A DNA stretch of 40,971 nt, from contig CAJXJI010000003.1 of assembly GCA_913054235.1 (NCBI GenBank), forward strand, positions 1-40,971, in the 5' to 3' direction. The notes beneath the pieces are model-generated. The model was not told where the DNA came from. It saw nothing but the letters and a program-made list of their open reading frames with translations, and did no database searches. The stretch is from an uncultured bacterium. GTDB lineage: Bacteria; Patescibacteriota; Minisyncoccia; Minisyncoccales; UBA10102. The position numbers were made by a program, and so were the translations under genes. Shown one piece after another: positions 1 to 8,809 of the stretch. The first letter of the stretch is position 1. Each line of letters starts with the position of its first letter.

Positions 1-141
1 AGGAGTTTCAGTAGGAGTCTCTGCGTCGTCATCACCGTCCAAAAGGTCGGTGGAAGGAGCAGAAGTTTCCTCAGAAGACTCTTCTTCTTTTTCCTCTTCG
101 TCCATGATGATAGAAGTCATTTTTGTTTCTTCGAGAATCAT
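1..141 (-). CDS. Partial (3' end outside window) highly acidic, low-complexity hypothetical protein
   Basis: ATG at 141, open to window edge: MILEETKMTSIIMDEEEKEEESSEETSAPSTDLLDGDDDAETPTETP; strong promoter upstream. Confidence 0.65.
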   Translation of the reverse strand, partial: MILEETKMTSIIMDEEEKEEESSEETSAPSTDLLDGDDDAETPTETP

Positions 142-219
142 ATTTTTCTGTTTCCGTTTTTAATTGTTATTAAAAGGGGCATAGCCCCTAATGTAAACGG
201 TCAGACCTTTCACCGACCT

Positions 220-248
220 ATTGTATGCTATTTGTTCTCTCTTGTCAA
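220..248 (-). promoter_or_regulatory. sigma70 promoter for the acidic ORF
   Basis: TTGACA (248-243), 17-nt spacer, TACAAT (225-220). Confidence 0.7.
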
Positions 249-254
249 CCCCCC

Positions 255-734
255 CTAAGAAGAGGCACGAAAGGATACGTTTGAGATTGCAATGGCAAGA
301 GCTAGAGCATCGGCAGCATCATCTGGAGAAGGAAGGTTGTCTAATTTAAGAATTTGCTGAACCATGTACTGAACTTGTTTCTTTTCTGCCTTCCCATACC
401 CAGTTACTGCCATTTTAGCCTGCAAAGGGGTGAGCTCTTCTAAGATAACCTTGTTTTTGGCGGCGAGCAGGAGCACAACACCTCTTGCCTCAGAGACTGG
501 GAGAGCGGTTTTTAAGTTCTTAAAGAAATATAGCTTCTCAACGCATACAAGCTCTGGCTTATACTTCTTAAAGAGCTGTGTAAGTCCTTGTTCCAAAAGC
601 AAAAGCCGCTCGTGGGCGGGCATATCTTTTGGAGTCTCAATAGTTCCATGGTCAATCCATTTTAGACGAGGAACTGTCTCAACAACGCCAAATCCTGTAG
701 TGGCTGTGCCAGGATCAATGCCAAGGATAATCAT
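255..734 (-). CDS. ruvC: Holliday junction resolvase RuvC
   Basis: ILGIDPG..TGFG, E-K-L-Y-F, GYGKAEK-QV, DDAADALA motifs. Confidence 0.97.
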   Translation of the reverse strand: MIILGIDPGTATTGFGVVETVPRLKWIDHGTIETPKDMPAHERLLLLEQGLTQLFKKYKPELVCVEKLYFFKNLKTALPVSEARGVVLLLAAKNKVILEELTPLQAKMAVTGYGKAEKKQVQYMVQQILKLDNLPSPDDAADALALAIAISNVSFRASS

Positions 735-1453
735 TAGTCTTTGATGTTAGCGTAGATCTCTTGCACCGCATCACTTTCGTCTAATGCTAAAAAGAGTTTT
801 TCTGCGCTCTCAATATCTGCTTGTGAAAGCAAGACACGTTCTTTGGGAATCCAATCTAATGAAGTAGATTCCAGGGTAATGCCTTGCTCCTCTAAAGCTT
901 TTTTCACCTTTTCAAGCTCAGTAGGGTCTGTATAGATCTCAAGCGCCCCATCTTCTTTCCAGTAGGTATCTTGTGCGCCAGCTTCAATTGCGAGAAGCTC
1001 TATCTCGTCTTTTGGCTTGTCATACGCCAAGATGGTAATAGTTCCTCTTCTGTCAAACATCCAGCGCACTGCGCCCTCACCTGCAAGTTTCCCTTTATTC
1101 TTTTCAAATGCTTGTTTTATTTCTCCTAGTGTTCTATTTTTATTATCGCTGATGCCCTCAATAAGGATGGCAATGTTATTGGGGCCATACCCTTCAAAGA
1201 GTATTTCTTCTAAAGCAGCTCCTTTTTCTTCCCCAGTTCCACGTTTTATTGCCCGCTCAATATTAAGGGTAGGCATATTAAAGGAGTGGGCTCTGTCTAT
1301 TGCCATACGGAGCCTTGAGTTGGACGCAGGATCACCTCCGCCTTTTGCTGCAATGGCAATTTCGCTTGCCATTTTGGAAAATATCTTTGAGCGCTGGGCA
1401 GCAGCAATCCCTTTCTTGTGCGCTACAGTTTTTGCATGAGAGTGACCTGACAT
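734..1453 (-). CDS. yebC: YebC/PmpR family protein
   Basis: MSGHSH N-terminus, GGDPASN-RLR, EGYGP, DNKNRT motifs; classic position beside ruvC. Confidence 0.96.
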   Translation of the reverse strand: MSGHSHAKTVAHKKGIAAAQRSKIFSKMASEIAIAAKGGGDPASNSRLRMAIDRAHSFNMPTLNIERAIKRGTGEEKGAALEEILFEGYGPNNIAILIEGISDNKNRTLGEIKQAFEKNKGKLAGEGAVRWMFDRRGTITILAYDKPKDEIELLAIEAGAQDTYWKEDGALEIYTDPTELEKVKKALEEQGITLESTSLDWIPKERVLLSQADIESAEKLFLALDESDAVQEIYANIKD

Positions 1454-1455
1454 AG

Positions 1456-2475
1456 TTAAAATAAATCCTTTTGGGGGAGGGTAATATCGAGATGTTTGTA
1501 TGCTCTCGGTGTAGCAACCCTCCCGCGCGGAGTACGCTCTAAAAATCCAAGTTGCAACAAGTAGGGTTCATATACATCTAAAATGGTCTCCTGCTCTTCT
1601 GCAGCCATGGCAGCTAAGGCTTGAATACCAACTGGCCCTCCGGAAAATTTCTGGATGATAATGCGCAAAATCTTTCTGTCATCAGGCTCAAGGCCAAGTT
1701 CATCAATCTCAAGAAAGCCAAATGCTTCTGCTGCATGCTTCTCATTAACAAGACCAATCTCATTAATGGTTGCAATGTCTCGAACTCTTTTAAGTATCCT
1801 ATTTGCAACTCGAGGCGTAAAGCGTGAGCGCGAAGCAATAGCTGCTATTGCTTCTTTTGTAAGCTGCAACTGAAGAATGGAGGAAGAGCGCTCTACAATT
1901 TTCTCAATGTCTCTTTGTTCATAGAAGTTTAACTGAAAAATGGCTCCAAAGCGATTTCGAAACGGCGCAGGAAGTTGCGCCATTTTGGTAGTAGCGCCAA
2001 TTAACGTAAAGCGAGGCAAGGAAAGATCCATTGTTCTTGCCATGGGCCCCTTTCCTAAAACCAAATGGAGCTTGTAGTCTTCCATGGCAGAGTAAAGGGT
2101 TTCAAGAATTCCTCTTGGCAGGCGATGACATTCGTCAATAAAGAGTATTTCTCCATCTTCAAGATTGGTAAGAAGTGAAGCAACATCTCCTGAGCGCTCC
2201 AAAGACGTGCCAGAACAAAAAGTCATCTTAGCTCCCATCTCTTTTGCTACTACTTGAGCAAGCGAGGTTTTTCCAAGACCAGAGTTGCCATAAAATAGCA
2301 AGTGTTCTAAGACATCATTACGTTTTTTTGCTGCCTCAATAATTATACTCAAAGATTTTTTAAGCTTTTCTTGCCCTATATACTCTTGCCAGGTTTGAGG
2401 CCTCAGTGCAGTGTAGAGAGGTTCTTGGGTTTCATTTTGTTCCATATTTTTTACGCTGTGGTCTTTTGGAATCAT
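1456..2475 (-). CDS. ruvB: Holliday junction branch migration helicase RuvB
   Basis: LRP..YIGQ, Walker A GNSGLGKT, FIDECHR, GATT, EPYLLQ-GFLERTPRGR. Confidence 0.97.
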   Translation of the reverse strand: MIPKDHSVKNMEQNETQEPLYTALRPQTWQEYIGQEKLKKSLSIIIEAAKKRNDVLEHLLFYGNSGLGKTSLAQVVAKEMGAKMTFCSGTSLERSGDVASLLTNLEDGEILFIDECHRLPRGILETLYSAMEDYKLHLVLGKGPMARTMDLSLPRFTLIGATTKMAQLPAPFRNRFGAIFQLNFYEQRDIEKIVERSSSILQLQLTKEAIAAIASRSRFTPRVANRILKRVRDIATINEIGLVNEKHAAEAFGFLEIDELGLEPDDRKILRIIIQKFSGGPVGIQALAAMAAEEQETILDVYEPYLLQLGFLERTPRGRVATPRAYKHLDITLPQKDLF

Positions 2476-2487
2476 GGAAGGGGGGGG

Positions 2488-2516
2488 TTGACATCTACTG
2501 TATTATATATTATACT
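2488..2516 (+). promoter_or_regulatory. Near-consensus sigma70 promoter facing a structured non-coding region
   Basis: TTGACA (2488-2493), 17 nt, TATACT (2511-2516); no credible ORF downstream. Confidence 0.7.
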
Positions 2517-2522
2517 CATTGG

Positions 2523-2669
2523 GGTAGGAAATAGAAGAGAATACCGTTTTAGCTGGGGACCTGGAGTTATCTGTCTTGGAGGGTGGATCGGGTCATGCTG
2601 AACCATACCCCGGGGTAATTTCACATTTGCGTTCCAAACACCAAATGGTCCCCAGCTAAGCTGGTATTC
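2523..2669 (+). ncRNA. Candidate structured ncRNA (long rod-like hairpin; family unassigned, 6S-like possible)
   Basis: GAATACC 2539-2545 / GGTATTC 2663-2669; perfect 13-bp TTAGCTGGGGACC 2549-2561 / 2647-2659; nested TTGGA/TCCAA, GTGGA/TTCAC, TCGGG/CCCGG stems; GC-rich in an AT-rich background. Confidence 0.55.
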
Positions 2670-3981
2670 ACTCAGTAGTAACGCGCTCTATCTCTTTGAG
2701 CGTTGTTGTTTTTTCCAATACTTTAAATAGGCCGTCCTGGTACATGCTTACCATACCGGCTTTTTGTGCGTATGCTCTTAATTCGCCAATAGAAGGGGAT
2801 TTTGATACAAAGGTTTCCAAAGCATCATCTGCAACAATCGCCTCAAAAATACCAACTCTGCCCCTGTATCCTGTGTTATTACATGCTGCGCACCCTTGAG
2901 GCTCTATGAGTTTAAGTGTGGAAGGAATCTTTGGTATTAACTCTTTTGCAAGATCTTTTAAACCTTCTTGTATTGTTTTTAATTCAAGTAGAGTAGCTGT
3001 TCTGGTTTTAGCGCATGCTGTACACACTTTTCTTATCAGGCGCTGGGCAATGATGAGGCTTAGCGCAGCAGAAACATTTATTGGATTTGCCCCAAGGGAA
3101 AGAAGTCTTGCAATGGTTCCTGCGGCGTCATTTGTATGCAGCGTAGAAAAAACAAGGTGCCCTGTTAAGGCTGCTTGAAGCGCAATACCTGCAGTTTCTT
3201 GATCTCGGATTTCTCCTACCAAAATAACATCTGGGTCTTGGCGCACAATTGCGCGAAGGCCAGAAGCAAAAGTATACTCTTTTGGCGCAACTTGGGTTTG
3301 GGAGATTCCTTCCAAGTGATATTCAATAGGATCTTCAATGGTAACAATTTTAATTTCAGGTTTCTGTACGCTCTTTAAAAAAGCATACAAGGTGGTGGTT
3401 TTTCCTGATCCTGTTGGACCTGTTACTAAAATCATACCGTTGGGTTTTTTAATTTCCTCCTGAAACAACAAAAGAAGGTTTTTTCTTAAGCCCAGGTCCT
3501 TTATTGTTTTTAAGCTTTTTGGATTAAGAATACGCAAGACCAAGGATTCTCCGTGTTCTGAGGGAAGAGAAGAAACCCTGATTTCAATAGGTAGGGACTC
3601 TTCTAAAACAAAAGTGAACCTTCCGTCTTGAGGACGGTCTGAAACATTGAGCTTAATGCCAGAGAGGAGCTTTATTCGAGAGAGCAAGGCTCCATAGGTT
3701 TTCAAAGAAAGCAAAGCTGTGTCCTGTAACATGCCATCAATGCGAACGCGGAGTCTTGCATCCTGCTCTTGTGCTTCCAAGTGCAGATCTGAAGCCTCCA
3801 AAAATACAACTGAGGCAAGAAGCGCTACAAGAAGAGTGCTGGTATCATCTGTTTGCCACGAAGTAAGCTTTAGCGAAAGATCCTTTAAAGACTTTACTTC
3901 ATTTTTAAGTTCTCCTGCAAGCTTTTTTGCAAGAGTAATCTTTCCGGTAATTTTTTGTCGAGTTCCTTGCGCGGGACTCAT
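2668..3981 (-). CDS. GspE/PulE/PilB-family type IV pilus assembly ATPase (short N-terminus)
   Basis: ASDLHLE, PQDGR, GPTGSGKTTTLY, TIEDPIEY, RQDPDVILVGEIRD, TGHLVFSTLHTN, CxxC...CxxC, GYRGR. Confidence 0.93.
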   Translation of the reverse strand: MSPAQGTRQKITGKITLAKKLAGELKNEVKSLKDLSLKLTSWQTDDTSTLLVALLASVVFLEASDLHLEAQEQDARLRVRIDGMLQDTALLSLKTYGALLSRIKLLSGIKLNVSDRPQDGRFTFVLEESLPIEIRVSSLPSEHGESLVLRILNPKSLKTIKDLGLRKNLLLLFQEEIKKPNGMILVTGPTGSGKTTTLYAFLKSVQKPEIKIVTIEDPIEYHLEGISQTQVAPKEYTFASGLRAIVRQDPDVILVGEIRDQETAGIALQAALTGHLVFSTLHTNDAAGTIARLLSLGANPINVSAALSLIIAQRLIRKVCTACAKTRTATLLELKTIQEGLKDLAKELIPKIPSTLKLIEPQGCAACNNTGYRGRVGIFEAIVADDALETFVSKSPSIGELRAYAQKAGMVSMYQDGLFKVLEKTTTLKEIERVTTE

Positions 3982-4511
3982 AGTTTTGCTTTGAAGTGCT
4001 CTTGAAGTGAAGGAAGAGTGCTTTTTGTTATAAACAGCACCCAGTTACCTTTTTGCGTCCCTTGGTTTTGCTCCTGCACTTTTTCCCTTATATCCTGGCG
4101 TTTGCTCCACAAAAGGCCATGTGTTCCTTTGCCTGTTTCGTATAACACAAGAAAGGAAGACTCTTCAGCTCCATACTGCTTTAATTCTTCCATTGAACCT
4201 TTCAGGGCAAGAGAGGTGGCGCGACATTCAATAAAGTCTTTTTTTTGAAGTGAGGTAATATAGATGTCTGAATTTGGCTTGTATTCAACATTAGAGATGA
4301 GTCTTTGTGCAAGAGGGGCTAAGGAAGGCGTAACTGGAGAAAGGAGCTTGCTCTCCGCCTTACCATCTTCTAGAATAACATTGATTTCAGTATCTTTTTT
4401 GAGCGTGAAATAGAGGGTAAGATCTGTTTCCTCCTTTTCATATTGGATTTGTGAAATCCAGGGAGCTAAACCCTTGAGCTTTACTGCAAATGTTTTCTTT
4501 TGCTGCTCCAT
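3978..4511 (-). CDS. Hypothetical protein, overlapping the pilus ATPase start by 4 bp
   Basis: 177-aa ORF with ATGA-type overlap and host-like composition. Confidence 0.7.
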   Translation of the reverse strand: MEQQKKTFAVKLKGLAPWISQIQYEKEETDLTLYFTLKKDTEINVILEDGKAESKLLSPVTPSLAPLAQRLISNVEYKPNSDIYITSLQKKDFIECRATSLALKGSMEELKQYGAEESSFLVLYETGKGTHGLLWSKRQDIREKVQEQNQGTQKGNWVLFITKSTLPSLQEHFKAKL

Positions 4512-4534
4512 ATATTCAAAACTAGCGTAATTTC

Positions 4535-4978
4535 ATGAAAAAGTCAATTCACTCTGATTCTTTAAAAACAACACAGGACATTGCAAAAGAACTTGCAAGA
4601 ATTATTTTAACAGCCCCAAAAAAGAAGGGTGCTTTCGTATTTGCACTAAAAGGAGAGTTGGGAGCCGGCAAAACTTCTTTTGTTCAGGGACTAGCAAAAG
4701 GACTTGGCGTAAAAAAGAATGTATTAAGTCCCACCTTTTTGATTGTAAAATCTTACAATATTAAAAAAGGAAGAACATTGTATCATATTGATTGCTATCG
4801 CTTGAAAAATGGAAAAGAACTTTTAGAACTGGAGTGGAAAGAAATTATAGGAAACTCTAAAAATATTGTAGCAATAGAATGGGCAGACCACGTGAAACGT
4901 ATTATCCCAAAAGATGCTCTTTGGATTTCTTTTGTGCAAGGCAATGAATTGACCGAGAGAAAGATTGTGATAGGCTGA
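4535..4978 (+). CDS. tsaE: tRNA t6A biosynthesis ATPase TsaE
   Basis: GELGAGKT, SPTF, HIDCYRL, IEWA motifs. Confidence 0.96.
   Translation: MKKSIHSDSLKTTQDIAKELARIILTAPKKKGAFVFALKGELGAGKTSFVQGLAKGLGVKKNVLSPTFLIVKSYNIKKGRTLYHIDCYRLKNGKELLELEWKEIIGNSKNIVAIEWADHVKRIIPKDALWISFVQGNELTERKIVIG
4949..4976 (+). promoter_or_regulatory. Putative promoter inside the tsaE 3' end driving the downstream ncRNA
   Basis: TTGACC (4949-4954), 16 nt, extended TGn-TAGGCT (4971-4976); predicted start coincides with the RNA closing stem. Confidence 0.45.
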
Positions 4979-4980
4979 AG

Positions 4981-5101
4981 TCGGTGCCTATTGCTTGCCC
5001 AAAGGAACAGCACATCCTTCTAGGGCGCACGGCTGTGTGGGCTCTTAACAATCCTAGGGTTTAGCCTGGATAAGCCTCATTGCCTCGCATGTTGGCACCG
5101 A
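4981..5101 (+). ncRNA. Candidate structured ncRNA (possibly 6S RNA)
   Basis: Closing stem TCGGTGCC 4981-4988 / GGCACCGA 5094-5101; internal GCCCA/TGGGC, ACAGC/GCTGT, ATCC/GGAT pairings; flanked by promoter and terminator; no credible ORF. Confidence 0.55.
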
Positions 5102-5102
5102 T

Positions 5103-5130
5103 GGCCGAGGACTCTGTTCTCGGCCTTTTT
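5103..5130 (+). terminator. Rho-independent terminator
   Basis: GGCCGAGGAC-TCT-GTTCTCGGCC hairpin followed by TTTTT. Confidence 0.8.
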
Positions 5131-5155
5131 CTTTTATTCATGCTAAAATACTTGT

Positions 5156-7372
5156 ATGCCAGAAAAGAAAAAGCTTCTCATTATTGATTCAAACTCTTTA
5201 ATTCATAGGGCTTTCCATGCCTTGCCTCCTATGAGTAATTCAAAAGGGGAAATGGTAAATGCGGTTTATGGATTTGTGCTAGCTTTTTTTAGGGCTATTA
5301 ATGAGTTTCATCCAGACTATATCGCAGCTACGTTTGACCATCCTGCTCCAACCAAGCGAGAGAAGAAATTTAAAGAGTATAAGGCAAAGAGGGCAAAAGC
5401 TCCAGATGAATTGTATAGCCAGATACCCAAGATAAAAGAGGTTTTGAAGGCCTTTCATGTGCCTGTGTTTGAGGAGGCAGGGTTTGAGGCAGACGATATT
5501 ATTGGAACCATAGCAAAACTTGCTCAAAAAAGACAAGCTGTTCCTTTGCTAGAAACCACTATTCTCTCAGGGGACATGGATTTGCTTCAGCTTGTGGACA
5601 AACAAACTAAAGTATATGCCATGCGAAAAGGAATTAAGGATTCTGTGCTTTTTGACAAAAAAAAGGTGCAAGAGCGCTTTGGAATAGGACCTGAATTAGT
5701 TGCAGATTGGAAGGGGCTTCGCGGAGATCCTTCAGACAATATTCCTGGGGTTCAGGGAGTTGGTGAAAAAACCGCAACACAACTTCTTTCTTCTTTGGGT
5801 TCCTTGGAGTCTGTGTATTCTGAGCTCAAAGCAAGAGAAGAAATTCCTGGTATTTCTTTAAAATTAAGAGAAACTCTTTTAAAGGAGCAAGACATTGCTT
5901 TTTTAAGCAAGGATCTGGCTACTATTGATTGCAATGTACCTTTAGATTTCAGTTTGCCTAATCTTGCCTGGCAAGAGTTTAACAAAGAAGATGTACAAAA
6001 AGTTTTGCTGGGATTTGGTTTTCGAACGTTAGTTACGCGCATACCGGATGTTGGAGATAAAGAAGAGAGCCAGGAAGAAATATCAAAAGAAGATCAACTT
6101 ACAGAAAAACTCAAGCATTTATATGAGGAAGGCGTGCTATCAGAAAAGATATATGAAATAGAGCAGGAGCTTTCTTTGGTGCTTCGAATGATGGAGAAAA
6201 CTGGAATTCAAATTGATAAGAAGTTTTTTAAAAAGCTTTCAGGTGAGCTTCAAAAGAACTTAAAAAATCTGGAAACAAGTATTACAAAAAAAGCAGGAAC
6301 TGCGTTTAACATTAATTCACCCAAACAATTATCCGAGATGCTTTTTGAGAAAATGGGACTTTCCTCGCGAGGCTTGCATAAAACCCCAGGTGGAGTTATT
6401 TCCACTGCATCTTTGGAGTTAGAAAAGCTTCAAGAGGGAAACCCCATCATACGTGAGGTTTTAAAGTATCGAGAGTTAGCAAAACTACAAAACACATATG
6501 TTACTCCCCTGCCTCTTTTGGCAGATAAAGAGGGGAGGGTGCATACGCATTTCGATCAGTTAGGGGCTGCAACCGGGAGATTGTCTTCCTCAAACCCGAA
6601 TCTTCAAAATATTCCTTTGCAGGGAGAATGGGGGCAGAAGATTCGCCGTGGCTTTGTTGCAAAGAAAGGATTTTTGTTGGTTTCTTTTGACTATTCACAA
6701 GTAGAGCTTCGTATTGCATCTCATATTGCAGGGGAAGAGAAAATGCAGGAAATCTTTTTTAGAGGAAGAGATATTCACCAAGAAACCGCTGCTGTAGTAT
6801 TTGGAGTGAAAGACAAAGATGTTACCTTGCAAATGAGGTTTCGGGCAAAGGCATTAAACTTTGGGATTCTCTATGGCATGGGAGCTCGTGGGTTTTCTCA
6901 GTCAGCTGGCATCCCATATCAGGAAGCAGAGGATTTTATTGAGAACTACTTTGTGCAGTTCCCTCATATTGCAAGATATATGCAAGACACTATAGATTCG
7001 ACGCGAGAGCTTGGGTATGCAGAAACCTTGTTTGGCAGAAAACGCTATCTTCCTGATATTCAGTCCAGTACTCCACATATTCGCGCTGCTGCAGAGCGAG
7101 TTGCTATTAACCATCCAATCCAAGGAACCCAGGCTGATATTATTAAAATGGTAATGGTGAGTATTGCAAAGGAATTGAGCTTACAGCAAGAGGAATGTTT
7201 GATGCTCCTGCAAATTCACGATGAATTGTTGTTTGAGATACGCAATGATATAGTGAAAAAAAGAGTACAAGAGATTACGCTCCTTATGGAAGAAGTGGTT
7301 GAGCTAAAGGTTCCTTTGCAGGTAAAGGTAACCTTGGGGCAAAACTGGGGAGTTCAAAAAAAGGTTCAATGA
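5156..7372 (+). CDS. polA: DNA polymerase I (5'-3' exonuclease + polymerase; 3'-5' exonuclease domain apparently deleted)
   Basis: RAFHALP, FEADD, GDPSDNIPGV, TGRLSSSNPNLQNIP, DYSQVELR, AKALNFGILYG, QIHDEL; only 738 aa. Confidence 0.97.
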   Translation: MPEKKKLLIIDSNSLIHRAFHALPPMSNSKGEMVNAVYGFVLAFFRAINEFHPDYIAATFDHPAPTKREKKFKEYKAKRAKAPDELYSQIPKIKEVLKAFHVPVFEEAGFEADDIIGTIAKLAQKRQAVPLLETTILSGDMDLLQLVDKQTKVYAMRKGIKDSVLFDKKKVQERFGIGPELVADWKGLRGDPSDNIPGVQGVGEKTATQLLSSLGSLESVYSELKAREEIPGISLKLRETLLKEQDIAFLSKDLATIDCNVPLDFSLPNLAWQEFNKEDVQKVLLGFGFRTLVTRIPDVGDKEESQEEISKEDQLTEKLKHLYEEGVLSEKIYEIEQELSLVLRMMEKTGIQIDKKFFKKLSGELQKNLKNLETSITKKAGTAFNINSPKQLSEMLFEKMGLSSRGLHKTPGGVISTASLELEKLQEGNPIIREVLKYRELAKLQNTYVTPLPLLADKEGRVHTHFDQLGAATGRLSSSNPNLQNIPLQGEWGQKIRRGFVAKKGFLLVSFDYSQVELRIASHIAGEEKMQEIFFRGRDIHQETAAVVFGVKDKDVTLQMRFRAKALNFGILYGMGARGFSQSAGIPYQEAEDFIENYFVQFPHIARYMQDTIDSTRELGYAETLFGRKRYLPDIQSSTPHIRAAAERVAINHPIQGTQADIIKMVMVSIAKELSLQQEECLMLLQIHDELLFEIRNDIVKKRVQEITLLMEEVVELKVPLQVKVTLGQNWGVQKKVQ

Positions 7373-8406
7373 AATTTTCTATTCAAATTGCAGTAATGTT
7401 GATTGTTGCGTTGCTATTTTTGGTCTCTTTGATTTCTGTATATTTTGCAGCGCAAGACGAGCAAACACTGCCACTTATTCTTGTTGCCGGGGCAAATATT
7501 GTGGCGGTTATTTTACTAACCTTTGTTATAACAAGAGGAATTCTCCGTCCCTTAAAAGTTATTAAGGCAGTAGTTATGAAAGTAGGAAGAGGGGATCTTT
7601 CGCTACGAATTCAAAAGACTGGTGCCCGAGAAATAGAAGAACTGCAAAACGCGTTCAACGGAATGATTACGAGAGTACAGCGCACACAAGAAATGAAAAC
7701 AGAATTTGTTTCTTTAGCCGCCCATCAGCTTCGTACACCCCTGACCGCTATTAAATGGAGCACCAGGATGGTGATAGATGGAGATACGGGTCCTGTGAAC
7801 AAAGAGCAACAAGAGCTTTTGGAAAAAATATCTGAATCAACCGATCGAATGATTGAGCTTATTAATGATTTATTAAACGTAGCAAGAATTGAAGAAGGCC
7901 GGTATTTGTATAAACCGGCTTTTGCACAGATAGATGATATTGTAAAAAGCATGGTTGAGTTATATCAGGATGTAGCCAAGCAAAAGGAGGTGACGCTGGA
8001 AGTAAAAAGTTTAAACGACAATATTCCCGAAGTGATAATTGATGTAGAAAAGATAAAACTGGTGGTGCAGAGTCTTTTGGAAAATGCCCTTCGCTATACT
8101 CCAAAAAAAGGAAGAGTGACTGTGCAGGTTTTGCACAGTGCAAAGGAGGTGCAAGTTTCTATTGAAGATACAGGTATTGGGATTCCAAAGGACCAAGAGT
8201 CTCGGATTTTTGATAAGTTCTTTCGTGCCACAAATGCAAAGGAAGTGGAGGTGAATGGGTCTGGTCTTGGCCTCTATCTTGCCAGTAACATTATGAAAGC
8301 TCACGGAGGAAAGATACGGTTTAAGTCAAAAGAAGGAAAGGGAACTATCTTTACCCTTGCTCTGCCTATTAAAAAAGACATTGAAGAATTTTTAAACAAA
8401 GGGTAG
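7369..8406 (+). CDS. HAMP-domain sensor histidine kinase
   Basis: Two N-terminal TM helices, HAMP, H-box AHQLRTPL, ENA, DTGIGI, GSGLGL. Confidence 0.93.
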   Translation: MKFSIQIAVMLIVALLFLVSLISVYFAAQDEQTLPLILVAGANIVAVILLTFVITRGILRPLKVIKAVVMKVGRGDLSLRIQKTGAREIEELQNAFNGMITRVQRTQEMKTEFVSLAAHQLRTPLTAIKWSTRMVIDGDTGPVNKEQQELLEKISESTDRMIELINDLLNVARIEEGRYLYKPAFAQIDDIVKSMVELYQDVAKQKEVTLEVKSLNDNIPEVIIDVEKIKLVVQSLLENALRYTPKKGRVTVQVLHSAKEVQVSIEDTGIGIPKDQESRIFDKFFRATNAKEVEVNGSGLGLYLASNIMKAHGGKIRFKSKEGKGTIFTLALPIKKDIEEFLNKG

Positions 8407-8417
8407 TATATAGTAGT

Positions 8418-8783
8418 ATGACAAAGATTTTAATCGTTGAGGATGATAAGTTCTTGCGAGAGTTGCTTGTAAAAAAGGTGGGATCAGAAGGATATGAAGT
8501 AGTTGTAGCTACGAACGGAGAAGAGGGGCTGCGCATGGCAAAAGAAGAAAAGCCCAAGCTTATTGTTTTGGACCTTATTTTGCCTGCCATGCATGGATTT
8601 GAAGTATTGCGTTACATTAAGGAAGCAGAGGAAACCAAACATATCCCAGTCATCATTCTTTCCAATCTTGGACAAAAAGAAGATATTGATAAGGGGGTTA
8701 AACTTGGAGCAAAAGATTACATGATTAAGGCCCACTTTACTCCTGGGGAAATCACAGAAAAGATTAAGGAAATATTAGCGTAG
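8418..8783 (+). CDS. Single-domain response regulator (CheY-like receiver)
   Basis: KILIVEDD, LDLILP, SN, K; no output domain. Confidence 0.94.
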   Translation: MTKILIVEDDKFLRELLVKKVGSEGYEVVVATNGEEGLRMAKEEKPKLIVLDLILPAMHGFEVLRYIKEAEETKHIPVIILSNLGQKEDIDKGVKLGAKDYMIKAHFTPGEITEKIKEILA

Positions 8784-8809
8784 CTTTGTGTGGCGCCCAG
8801 TTAGAATCT

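Noticed and set aside
4994-5012. GCCCAAAGGAACAGC resembling SRP RNA domain IV
   Set aside because: Lacks the conserved CAGG, GNRA tetraloop and AGCAG geometry; cannot be called without a covariance search.
4980-5101. GTCGGTGC / GGCACCGA resemble the Cas9 tracrRNA 3' hairpin
   Set aside because: Order and spacing differ, and there are no cas genes or repeat array; best explained as a closing stem.
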